The notes: generated from the letters alone by a model not told the origin. A stretch of DNA of 20,788 nucleotides from Pseudobdellovibrionaceae bacterium (GCA_041288045.1 JBGGMM010000124.1:1-20788); one strand, 5' to 3'. Shown: positions 8,530 through 16,867, counted from the stretch's first letter. Numbers and translations are program-made.

Positions 8530-10554
8530 TCAATTCAAAGGAACAAGCTTCCAGCTGTCGGCGTAGAGATATCCGCTCCCCGCATTCTTCCAAGTAAAGA
8601 CCCAGGCCTGCGAAGCTCCCGATGGAACGGTGAAATCCACAGTCAAAAGGGAATAAGCGGATGAAGGGACCGCCACCTTTTTTTCTAAGATCACCACATT
8701 GCTGGAGTTCGAAAATTTAACTCCCACCCAAGCCGCATCTGTTGAAACTGTTTTCTTCGCATAGGCCGTCAGCCGATAGCTCTTTCCAACCACGAGAGAC
8801 CCGAGGATGGATTGGGCTCCGCCGCCAGCGCCAACTCCTGTTCGCAAGGCGTAGGTGCCTGCTTGGCTTTGTCCGCTCACAGCTGAAGTGTTGCCCCAGT
8901 TGAGCCAATTCTGCATGGAGAGTTCAATGCCTGGATTTTGAATCAAATTTGTGACCGTTGCTGGTGGAGTGCTGAAAGTGGATTCAACCGCGCCGACATC
9001 ATAGGCTCCTGCTTGTGGCAAAGTTCGGCCTCGGAAATCCCGAGTGCCCGGATTGATGCCAAACTGAGAAAGAGAAAGGCCTTTATTGATCAAAGGCGAA
9101 GTGGAGAGCAAATCATAGTTAGCCAAGCTTTCAAGCAGACTGGGGTTGTTCACAGCCGTTCCAAGGCCGGGACTTTTAAAAAGTGGATCGACTTGCTTGC
9201 CGACAGAAACCCCGTTGAGTTTTTCCTGACCTGTTGCCGCTTGGAAACTGGTGAGGCTCGAGTAGGTGGTTCCGTTCCAAACGATTTTCAGAGGAGAGCC
9301 CACAGACCAGTAGGTATTCCCTTGAAGCGTGGCCCCCGGCTTCGCATTGATCGCATGCGCCCCGTTTTTTGTGTAGAAAATATTATTTCGGATGCCCACA
9401 TTGGGTGAGGCATAAAGAGAGCTAAAATAAAGCCCACCTTGAGAGCCTGTGCTCCGATCTGAGTAGACCGTGTTGTTGTAAACTTGAAGATTTTTAATGT
9501 AGCCTTGAATGTGGATTCCGCCAGTGACGGATTGACAGTTTTTTCCATCATTTTCGCTGATATTGTAGCGAACCACATTATTGCTCGTCGGTTCTGTGGC
9601 ACCCGTCGCATAGACCAAAAAGCCCATGCAACCATTCCCATGAGAGTAATTGTACTGAAGAACCGAATTGGTGGTGCCAATATCCAAATCAAACCCATCT
9701 CCGTCCACCCGAGAGGCCGATTTATTATTATAGGATTCATTTTTCTGAATGATGACATTATTCGAATAGTAAGCCCAGATTCCCACGGGCCCTTGTAAGG
9801 CAGAGTTCCGAGCACCATTATTATAGGCGAAGGATTTTTCAATCATTCCGCCGTTGACACTGCCGAGCACAATCCCGTTTCCGGTGTTTCTCGGATGATT
9901 GACAATGCCGGGATGATTGTAGGCCTTGCAGTTCGTGACGTGAATATTTTCGATTCCTCCAATGCTCTCGGCGAAGGTGGTGATTCCGGAGTGGGTATTG
10001 TCATGAACGCTGACATTAGAGATGGTGATATTCTTAAAACCGGAAAGGCCATTCCAGCTGCTGATGAGAATCCCATTTTGAAATCCCGAGACTTCCACCT
10101 GATCAATGATGATGGTATCTAGCCTCACGTCACCGTCAAGATCCGCATAAAATGAAATTCCTTCTTGTTTATTGATATCGATCCCAGCCCCGATCAGTCT
10201 CAGGTTGTAAATTTTGATTCCAGCTGTGTTGGTGGCCGTGATCCCATCCAAAGTGCCAGCGCTGATGGTCGCGCGGCCCGTACCATAAGACGAAATCAAA
10301 ATGGGATTCGAGGCCGACCCGCGATCATTCAGATCTAAAACCAAACTTCCAGAAAAAGTGTCTCCACCGCGAAGATAAAGACGATCGCCAGCAAGAAACC
10401 GGACCTGGTTGGCTCGCGCCAGGGTTTTCCAAGGCGTCGCGGAGCTTGTGCCCGCCCAGCTATCCGATCCCGCCGCACTTAAATAGTAACTCGTCGCTCT
10501 GGCCTGAGCCGAAATCAGCAAAAAAGCAAAAGCACTCCACACCCAGAATTTCAT
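8530..10554 (-). CDS. Secreted right-handed parallel beta-helix protein with C-terminal carbohydrate-binding (CBM4/9-like) domain
   Basis: Signal peptide. YYLSAAGSDS...PWKTL start, DGDGFDLD and repeated Asn-rich beta-helix turns, YDVGAVE motif, Pro/Thr linker, then an NLIQNPGIE...YLYADSW CBM-like domain. Confidence 0.88.
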   Translation of the reverse strand: MKFWVWSAFAFLLISAQARATSYYLSAAGSDSWAGTSSATPWKTLARANQVRFLAGDRLYLRGGDTFSGSLVLDLNDRGSASNPILISSYGTGRATISAGTLDGITATNTAGIKIYNLRLIGAGIDINKQEGISFYADLDGDVRLDTIIIDQVEVSGFQNGILISSWNGLSGFKNITISNVSVHDNTHSGITTFAESIGGIENIHVTNCKAYNHPGIVNHPRNTGNGIVLGSVNGGMIEKSFAYNNGARNSALQGPVGIWAYYSNNVIIQKNESYNNKSASRVDGDGFDLDIGTTNSVLQYNYSHGNGCMGFLVYATGATEPTSNNVVRYNISENDGKNCQSVTGGIHIQGYIKNLQVYNNTVYSDRSTGSQGGLYFSSLYASPNVGIRNNIFYTKNGAHAINAKPGATLQGNTYWSVGSPLKIVWNGTTYSSLTSFQAATGQEKLNGVSVGKQVDPLFKSPGLGTAVNNPSLLESLANYDLLSTSPLINKGLSLSQFGINPGTRDFRGRTLPQAGAYDVGAVESTFSTPPATVTNLIQNPGIELSMQNWLNWGNTSAVSGQSQAGTYALRTGVGAGGGAQSILGSLVVGKSYRLTAYAKKTVSTDAAWVGVKFSNSSNVVILEKKVAVPSSAYSLLTVDFTVPSGASQAWVFTWKNAGSGYLYADSWKLVPLN

Positions 10555-10590
10555 CCCACATCCCCCATGGCTTTGACTTTATTCTAAGAT

Positions 10591-10662
10591 TTCTCAAATC
10601 GAGAATCATGATTTTTCACCAAAAGCTGTTAGAAATCGGGAGAGATGTCTTATTTTGAGACA
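10591..10662. promoter_or_regulatory. Two palindromic TCTYA-N3-YGAGA sites upstream of the beta-helix gene
   Basis: TTCTCAAATCGAGAA (10591-10605) and TGTCTTATTTTGAGACA (10646-10662). Confidence 0.45.
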
Positions 10663-10721
10663 AGTCAGGAAGCTGTGGGAGACCCCATTGGACCTGCCAA
10701 ATCTTTCCCAAAGGCGAGAAT

Positions 10722-11417
10722 TCAATCCAGGATTTTCATTAAAATTTCGCTATAGTGATTGAGAGTTGTAATCTCTTTGTGGTGGCCACCCAAATCTGGA
10801 TGGAAAATGCGGGCCAGTTTCTTTTTTGCGAGCCGAATGGATTCTTCGCTCAAATCATCTTTGAGGGGAAATCCATTTTCATCAAAATAATCAAAAGCTG
10901 CTTGAACTTCGGGTGGGTAAGAGGGGACAGCTTGCTGGGCCGATCGTTTGAGTTGCTTTTTTTCCAAGCGTTGCTGTTGATTTCTTTCCTTCAATCTCGC
11001 GGATTGCGCCTTTTTGAATTCAGCTTGTTTCGCCTTTCGTTCCGAAGTGCCCGGGGATTCTGCTGCTACAGTCGCGACAATTTCGCTTTTTGAATCCAAA
11101 AAGTCAGGATGCTTTTTTTCCACCGCCAAAAGCGTCGCCCAAATGTGTTTGCACAAGGAACCTTTTGAAAAAATCGGACAGGTGCAACGGGCGGTCATTT
11201 CTGAAGATGAGATCGCCACGGCGGCTAAATGAACACGAGCTCCAGTTCCGGCTTTGATGAAAGCTTGAACTTGAGTGTCCGAGGCGATGGACAGGTGAAC
11301 CAGGCCCTTGCGAAAATAATCTTCGCCATTCTTTTGAACTTCGGGCTTAAAATAGCCTTGGATCTTTTGCGCTAACACTTTGGCTCCATTCAAAGAAAGA
11401 CTTTTGCAGGTCCCCAT
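10722..11417 (-). CDS. SWIM zinc-finger protein with coiled coil and C-terminal J-domain-like (HPD) region
   Basis: CTCPIFSKGSLCKH SWIM motif, charged helix, then AKKKLARIFHPDLGG. Alternative start is GTG 11378, which has a GGAG RBS. Confidence 0.85.
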   Translation of the reverse strand: MGTCKSLSLNGAKVLAQKIQGYFKPEVQKNGEDYFRKGLVHLSIASDTQVQAFIKAGTGARVHLAAVAISSSEMTARCTCPIFSKGSLCKHIWATLLAVEKKHPDFLDSKSEIVATVAAESPGTSERKAKQAEFKKAQSARLKERNQQQRLEKKQLKRSAQQAVPSYPPEVQAAFDYFDENGFPLKDDLSEESIRLAKKKLARIFHPDLGGHHKEITTLNHYSEILMKILD

Positions 11418-11595
11418 TTATTTGTCCATTTCAGTCCTGAGGCTGGACATGGCAATGCTCCTTGATTCGCAGCGCAAATCTCGGTGCTCGTCTGATTGTC
11501 GCCAGCTCCTTTCGCTCTTGTGAACTCGACGGTTGACCCATGGTTCCAAATGCCTTAGAGGTGACTCCTCATAAAACTTCTTAAAGGAGATCAAA

Positions 11596-11835
11596 ATGGC
11601 AAAAAAGGCAGCAGCACCCAAAGTGGAAAAAAAAGCACCTCGAGTGAAAGTCACTGGATTTGCTCCCGTGAACTTTAAAGATCATACAATCACTCAAAAG
11701 CGCTCAGGCCGATTTCAAGTTGTGACCGCAAAAGGTAAACCAGTCAATGGAGCTGAAAAAGAGAAGATCTTGCTTGATGCGAAGGTTTTAAAAGGTTCTT
11801 TCAAAAAATCTGCTGATGCTCCAGCAGCCACATAA
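11596..11835 (+). CDS. Small basic hypothetical protein
   Basis: 79 aa, strong AAGGAG RBS, Lys/Ala rich. Core TITQKRSGRFQVVTAKGKPVNGAEKEKILL. Confidence 0.85.
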   Translation: MAKKAAAPKVEKKAPRVKVTGFAPVNFKDHTITQKRSGRFQVVTAKGKPVNGAEKEKILLDAKVLKGSFKKSADAPAAT

Positions 11836-11854
11836 TTCTTAGAATTGATTCTCA

Positions 11855-13456
11855 GTGATTAGTACGTCCCAAGTCAGCCTCCGGTTTGGCGGTAAGAAAC
11901 TTTTTGACGACGTGAACGTGAAGTTCACGCCGGGGAATTGCTATGGTTTGATCGGCGCCAATGGCGCCGGTAAGACCACTTTCCTCAAAATCTTAGCCAA
12001 AGAAATCGAACCCAATTCGGGCGAAGTCATTTTAGATCCCAAACTTCGTCTCTCCGTTTTAAAGCAAGATCACTATGCCTATGATGAGCAAACAGTTTTA
12101 AAAACGGTGCTGATGGGCAATGAAAAGCTTTTCAAGGTCATGACGGAAAAGGATTTGATTTACGCAAAGCCTGATTTTTCAGAAGCAGATGGGATGAGAG
12201 CCTCTGAACTGGAAACTCAGTTTGCCGAGCTCAATGGCTGGGAAGCAGAATCCGAAGCTGCAGTGATGCTCACCGGAGTGGGCATTCCCAACGACTGTCT
12301 TGATAAGCAAATGAAAGAGCTCACCAGCGGCGATAAAGTCAAAGTTTTACTGATCCAAGCGCTGTTCGGTAAGCCCGACATTTTGTTGCTCGATGAGCCC
12401 ACCAATCACTTGGACATCTATGCCATTCAATGGCTCGAAGATTTTTTATTAAATTTTGAAAACACAGTCATCGTGATCTCACATGACCGACATTTCTTAA
12501 ATAAAGTCTGCACTCATATTGCAGATATTGATTACCAGAAAGTCACAACCTATACCGGAAACTATGATTTCTGGCGCGAATCCAGCGAGCTGGCTCAACG
12601 CTTGTTGGCCGATCAAAACAAGAAAAGCGCTGACAAGGCTGAAGAACTGAAAGCTTTTATTCAAAGATTCAGTGCCAATGCCTCGAAGTCCCGTCAAGCC
12701 TCGTCACGACAAAAGCAGCTGGAGAAATTGGATTTCAATGACATGCCGAAATCCAGTCGCAAACAGCCCTTCGTCGGATTTGATGTCAAACGCGAACTTG
12801 GCAAAGATGTCCTGACAGTCGAAAATATTTCGAAATCAGTGAACGGTGAAGTGATCTTGAAGAACATTTCTTTTTCGCTGAAAAAAGGCGACAAAGTTGT
12901 TTTGCTAGGCCGAAATGATGTGGCTAAAACTCTTTTGTTGGACATCTTAGCTGGTGAAACCCAAGCGGATTCAGGAAGCATCACTTGGGGGATCACAACC
13001 AGCCTCAGTTACTTTCCAACTGACAACTCAAAATACTTTCAGGGCAATGAAGACTCTTTGGTCGATTGGCTTCGTCAATATTCGCCAACCAAAGACGAAT
13101 CTTTCCTTCGCGGATTTTTAGGGAAAATGCTTTTTAGCGGCAATGAAGCTTTGAAAAAACCGAATGTCCTCTCGGGCGGAGAAAAAGTTCGCTGCATGCT
13201 TTCGAAAATGATGCTCTCTGGAGCCAATGTCCTCTTGATCGACGGACCCACCAATCACTTGGATTTAGAAAGCATCACTGCGGTGAACGAGGGAGTTCGC
13301 AGATTCAAAGGAAATGTGATTTTTACCTCTCACGATCATGAATTCATCCAAACCGTCGCAAACCGAGTGATCGATCTAGATGTCGGAGTGAAATACGACA
13401 ATCACATCACCTACGACGAGTTCTTAAATTCTCAAAGAAGTGCGCAGATTCTTTAA
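11855..13456 (+). CDS. ABC-F family ATPase (YbiT/YkpA-like, ribosome-associated)
   Basis: Two NBDs (GANGAGKT...LDEPTNHLD and GRNDVAKT...IDGPTNHLD), inter-ABC linker FIQRFSANASKSRQASSR, no TM segments. GTG start. Confidence 0.95.
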   Translation: MISTSQVSLRFGGKKLFDDVNVKFTPGNCYGLIGANGAGKTTFLKILAKEIEPNSGEVILDPKLRLSVLKQDHYAYDEQTVLKTVLMGNEKLFKVMTEKDLIYAKPDFSEADGMRASELETQFAELNGWEAESEAAVMLTGVGIPNDCLDKQMKELTSGDKVKVLLIQALFGKPDILLLDEPTNHLDIYAIQWLEDFLLNFENTVIVISHDRHFLNKVCTHIADIDYQKVTTYTGNYDFWRESSELAQRLLADQNKKSADKAEELKAFIQRFSANASKSRQASSRQKQLEKLDFNDMPKSSRKQPFVGFDVKRELGKDVLTVENISKSVNGEVILKNISFSLKKGDKVVLLGRNDVAKTLLLDILAGETQADSGSITWGITTSLSYFPTDNSKYFQGNEDSLVDWLRQYSPTKDESFLRGFLGKMLFSGNEALKKPNVLSGGEKVRCMLSKMMLSGANVLLIDGPTNHLDLESITAVNEGVRRFKGNVIFTSHDHEFIQTVANRVIDLDVGVKYDNHITYDEFLNSQRSAQIL

Positions 13457-13467
13457 GAGAGGGCACC

Positions 13468-13923
13468 ATGGCAAAAAGCAAATTGTTACGAATGGACAAT
13501 GTGGGGATCGTCGTCAATGACCTTGAGGCTGCGATCGCATTCTTTGCTGAGCTTGGTCTCGAGGTGGGAGATAAGGCGACAGTCGAGGGAGACTGGGTGG
13601 GCCGCATTGTGGGGCTCGACAATGTTCGAAGCGATATCGTCTTTATGCAGACCCCGGATGGCCATAGCAGGCTTGAGCTGACAAAGTTTCAGTCTCCGAC
13701 GGCGATTAAGGCGGACCCAAACGAGGCAGTAAACAAGCTCGGCAAATTTCGTGTCATGTTCGCCGTTGAGGATATCAAAGATTGTCTAGCCCGACTAGAG
13801 GCCCACGGCGCTCAACTGATTGGCGAAGTGGTGCAATACGAGGACATGTATCTGCTCTGTTATCTTCGCGGCCCCGAGGGCATCATCATTGCGCTGGCCC
13901 AAGAGCTCGCTCGGCAAAAATAA
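13468..13923 (+). CDS. VOC family (glyoxalase / bleomycin resistance) protein
   Basis: MDNVGIVVNDLEAAIAFF, LELTKF and YLRGPEGIIIALAQ motifs. Confidence 0.93.
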   Translation: MAKSKLLRMDNVGIVVNDLEAAIAFFAELGLEVGDKATVEGDWVGRIVGLDNVRSDIVFMQTPDGHSRLELTKFQSPTAIKADPNEAVNKLGKFRVMFAVEDIKDCLARLEAHGAQLIGEVVQYEDMYLLCYLRGPEGIIIALAQELARQK

Positions 13924-14054
13924 TATCGATAAGGATAAGTTCGGCTCAGTCGTTTTTTTCGGCGTTGTTCAAGAGCCATCGATTGGAGTCGAGGACTGCG
14001 TTGTCCATCAAATCAATCTGGAGTGGAATAGACTGAAAATCAAATCCTATACAT

Positions 14055-14076
14055 TATACCAAAATCGGTATATACT
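14055..14076 (+). promoter_or_regulatory. Operator palindrome overlapping the -10 box of the TA operon
   Basis: TATACC-AAAATC-GGTATA (14055-14072) overlaps TATACT (14071-14076), 9 nt before ATG 14086. Confidence 0.6.
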
Positions 14077-14085
14077 GGTTTCGTT

Positions 14086-14405
14086 ATGGAATTGATTGTC
14101 CTAAAACAAGCTCGAAAAGAGCTCCAAGATCCCCTAAAGACGTTATACAAGATGTTTTTGCTCTTTTTGACGATTTGATGGCTGGCAAGCTGTTAAGTAT
14201 GCCAATTTCACGTCCGCTTCCTTCAATTGCGAAGGGCTTGCATGAGTTGAGGCTTTCAGGAAGGGCTGGAGAGTATCGAGTTTTTTATGTGATAAAAGTG
14301 GGATCAGCAATTTACGTCTTGCATGCAACTGCCAAGAAGTCGCAGAAGACGGATAAGCGGACAACGGAGCTAATTAAAACAAGATTGAGGTGCGTCGATT
14401 TATGA
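14086..14405 (+). pseudogene. RelE/HigB-like (phage gp49-like) toxin with a frameshift near 14128-14133
   Basis: ATG 14086 reads MELIVLKQARKELQD and stops at TGA 14176. The -1 frame continues PKDVIQDVFALFDDLMAGKLLSMPISRPL...GLHELRL...EYRVFY...YVLHATAKKSQKT, which is RelE/gp49-like. Confidence 0.75.
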
Positions 14406-14707
14406 AATCAAAAGTTAGAGACAAAGTCGTAAAATATAAAACTGCTGAAGCTTTCGGAAAAGATTTGGGCTTAAGCTCAATTGAAATTGAGCTCATTCGA
14501 CAAAAGAAAAAAATTGTTGAAAAGCTTCGCAAAGCTCGCGAGAACCAGGGGCTTTCTCAGGCTGAGCTTGCTAAAATGGTGTCAAGTCATCAACCTGCTA
14601 TTGCTCGTATGGAATCAGGCCAAATCAGTGAAGTCAGCCTTGATTTTTTGTGTAAGGTCGCTCTTGTCCTTGAAGTATCGGTCACAATCCGAGCCAAGGC
14701 CGCTTAG
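14402..14707 (+). CDS. XRE-family HTH antitoxin (HigA-like)
   Basis: LRKARENQGLSQAELAKMVSSHQPAIARMESG HTH_3 motif. ATGA overlap with the toxin stop supports a start at 14402. Toxin-first gene order. Confidence 0.88.
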   Translation: MKSKVRDKVVKYKTAEAFGKDLGLSSIEIELIRQKKKIVEKLRKARENQGLSQAELAKMVSSHQPAIARMESGQISEVSLDFLCKVALVLEVSVTIRAKAA

Positions 14708-14717
14708 ATATGCTCGC

Positions 14718-15425
14718 CTAAGCCGTTTTTTTGCTCACACTTTCGATGGTGAACGAATATCCCTGGCCATAAACAGAAACCAGGCAGCCTTTCATAGCGC
14801 CGAGCTTTTTTCTGAGGTGGGCGATGTGGGTGTTAATGCCGTGGATATCGATGGCGGTGCCGTGGCCCTCCCAAGCGGCCATTTCCAGCTCGCGCCGGGA
14901 CAGCACAGTGCCGATGTTTTTAACCAGAACTAAAAAGAGACGAAATTCAGTTGGAGTCAGACCCAGATCTTGTTTCTGCTCGTTTTGGACTAAATAACAT
15001 TTTTGAAATTCGAGATCGAAGAAAAAACCACTGCTCTCATAGGCCCTCACCGTGGTTGTGGACAGGCGAAGAAGATAGCGATCGACTCGGGCTCTGAGTT
15101 CGGTCACGTGAAAAGGCTTGGTGATGTAATCATCTGCACCACAGGTAAAGCCAAAGACCTTTTCTGCAGTTTCGGCTTTGGCAGTCAGCAGAATTCGCGG
15201 GATCTTTTGGTGGAGCAAATTTTGGCTCAACTTTTTGCAAAAATCAAAGCCATTGCCGTCGGGCAAAGTGACGTCGATCAGAACGAGCTGAAAGCCATGT
15301 TCCTTGAGAGCGCTTTCAGCCTCGGCCAGCGAGCGGACGTGGTGAATCAAATAGAGATCGAGACTGTTTTTGACCAGCAATCCGGTGTCTTCACAGTCAT
15401 CGATCAATAAGATCTTGTGCATCAT
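14718..15425 (-). CDS. OmpR/PhoB-family response regulator
   Basis: Receiver (LLIDD, IDVTLPD, LTA, DDYITKPF) plus wHTH output (LTPTEFRLF, HIAHLRKKL, VYGQGYSF). Confidence 0.95.
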   Translation of the reverse strand: MMHKILLIDDCEDTGLLVKNSLDLYLIHHVRSLAEAESALKEHGFQLVLIDVTLPDGNGFDFCKKLSQNLLHQKIPRILLTAKAETAEKVFGFTCGADDYITKPFHVTELRARVDRYLLRLSTTTVRAYESSGFFFDLEFQKCYLVQNEQKQDLGLTPTEFRLFLVLVKNIGTVLSRRELEMAAWEGHGTAIDIHGINTHIAHLRKKLGAMKGCLVSVYGQGYSFTIESVSKKTA

Positions 15426-15430
15426 ACTTC

Positions 15431-15525
15431 ATTATATCAGGAAGCCGGCGTTTCAGTTGTTTCACTTGAGTGAGAAGGAGTTTCATTTTTGGAAATTTCT
15501 CAATCTGAATATCTCAAGACGAGAA
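15431..15525. promoter_or_regulatory. Divergent promoter region of the phosphorelay cluster
   Basis: Extended -10 TGATATAAT on the minus strand (15431-15439), 5 nt from the ATG. GTTTCA direct repeats at 15450, 15459 and 15480. TCTCA-AGA-CGAGA site at 15512-15524. Confidence 0.5.
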
Positions 15526-15601
15526 TCATTGAGAAGAGCCGCCCGTTTTACGCCCCTTTCTCAAAAATCCTTCAATTAGAATAATTCAATCGGAGGAGAG
15601 C

Positions 15602-16051
15602 ATGAGAACGGATTCGCCACATTCACCTCAGGCCCAAAAGGTCACCAATATACTGATCATCGATGATGATGTGGATTCGGCGCTGATGGTCGAGTCAGTG
15701 TTCTCGCATTTAGGCTGTGAAACGACTTGTTCTTTAGGTTGCAAAGAAGCGCGAGAGAAAATCTGTTCTTTGCAGGCGGATCTCATCATTATGGATTGGA
15801 TGCTGGATGGCCAGACAGAAGCCAGCAGTGTGGTTCGTCAATGTGCTGAGACTTTCGCCAAATTTGGCAGGGGTCTAGGGCATGGTTCCTGGCCGAAAGC
15901 AAAAATCATTACTTTCTCAAGCTTAGCAGCCAGTGAAATTGAGAGCCTGCGAAATCCTTATTTTGAACATTTGGATCATTGGCAAAAACCAATCACTCAG
16001 CGGGAACTCTTGCATCGAGTATTGGTGTTACTTGGAAAGATGGGTTGTTGA
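15602..16051 (+). CDS. Stand-alone response regulator receiver protein
   Basis: ILIIDDD, phospho-Asp in IMDW, Ser in ITFSS, conserved KP. GGAGG RBS. Confidence 0.9.
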   Translation: MRTDSPHSPQAQKVTNILIIDDDVDSALMVESVFSHLGCETTCSLGCKEAREKICSLQADLIIMDWMLDGQTEASSVVRQCAETFAKFGRGLGHGSWPKAKIITFSSLAASEIESLRNPYFEHLDHWQKPITQRELLHRVLVLLGKMGC

Positions 16052-16066
16052 AGTAAAGGAGGGCCT

Positions 16067-16867
16067 ATGTGGTCACTATGGCGTGAACAAATTGAATCGA
16101 TGATGCCAATTTTTGATGATTTGATTCCCGAGCACAGCCTGGACGGGCAAGATCGAGAGGAGCTCGAACAAATTTGTCAGACCTTGATGCCGGCACTGGT
16201 GGACAAACTGCCATCGGATAGCAGCTGCAAAATTTCTTTTGATCGAGATGAGAGCGGGCAGTGGAGCTTAGATATCACCTGCCGATTTTCAGGCGGCCCA
16301 ATGACCGCAAGAGCAAAGGGAGCGACTCCGCTCGAAGCTTTTCAGCTCACGCGAAACTTGATCGAAGCTCAGCTGGACGAGTGGCACACTCAGCGTTTTT
16401 CTGCCGAACCGGAGCCCCTGTTGCCGGTGGGCTATGACCCAATCCTGACCTTGCCCAGGCAAAAGCGCGTTCTCATCGTGGATGACGATGTCGACTCGGC
16501 TCTGGCTACCCAAGGGGCGATGGAGCTTTTGGGCTTCGCCACAGAAATTGCCACTCGGCATGAAGATCTGCACCGAAAAATTATTTCCAGCGATTTGGAT
16601 CTGATTGTTTTGGATTGGAAACTCAATGGTGACGTGACTGCGGATGCAGTGGTGGAAAGAGCGGCAAGACTGATCGGCGCTTTTTCGGATTTGCGGCAAA
16701 AGTATCACGAGAAACGTCCGCAAGTGATCACTTATTCGGCCCTTCAAGAGAAGCAAATTGATTTTCCTCTCTTGGGCGCCGAATACTTTGATCATCGCGA
16801 TCATTGGCAAAAGCCAATGCCCTATTCTGAAGTGATCAAGCGGGCTTCGGAGTACTTGCCGGTATGA
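16067..16867 (+). CDS. Response regulator with N-terminal HPF/RaiA-like domain and C-terminal receiver
   Basis: C-terminal receiver (VLIVDDD, VLDW, ITYS, QKP). Residues ~28-111 align by eye with E. coli HPF. AAGGAGG RBS. The receiver call is firm; the HPF-like call is tentative. Confidence 0.8.
   Translation: MWSLWREQIESMMPIFDDLIPEHSLDGQDREELEQICQTLMPALVDKLPSDSSCKISFDRDESGQWSLDITCRFSGGPMTARAKGATPLEAFQLTRNLIEAQLDEWHTQRFSAEPEPLLPVGYDPILTLPRQKRVLIVDDDVDSALATQGAMELLGFATEIATRHEDLHRKIISSDLDLIVLDWKLNGDVTADAVVERAARLIGAFSDLRQKYHEKRPQVITYSALQEKQIDFPLLGAEYFDHRDHWQKPMPYSEVIKRASEYLPV

Noticed and set aside
11855..13456. Calling the ABC-F an antibiotic-resistance (ARE) factor
   Set aside because: The linker is the housekeeping YbiT/YkpA type and shows no obvious extended resistance loop.
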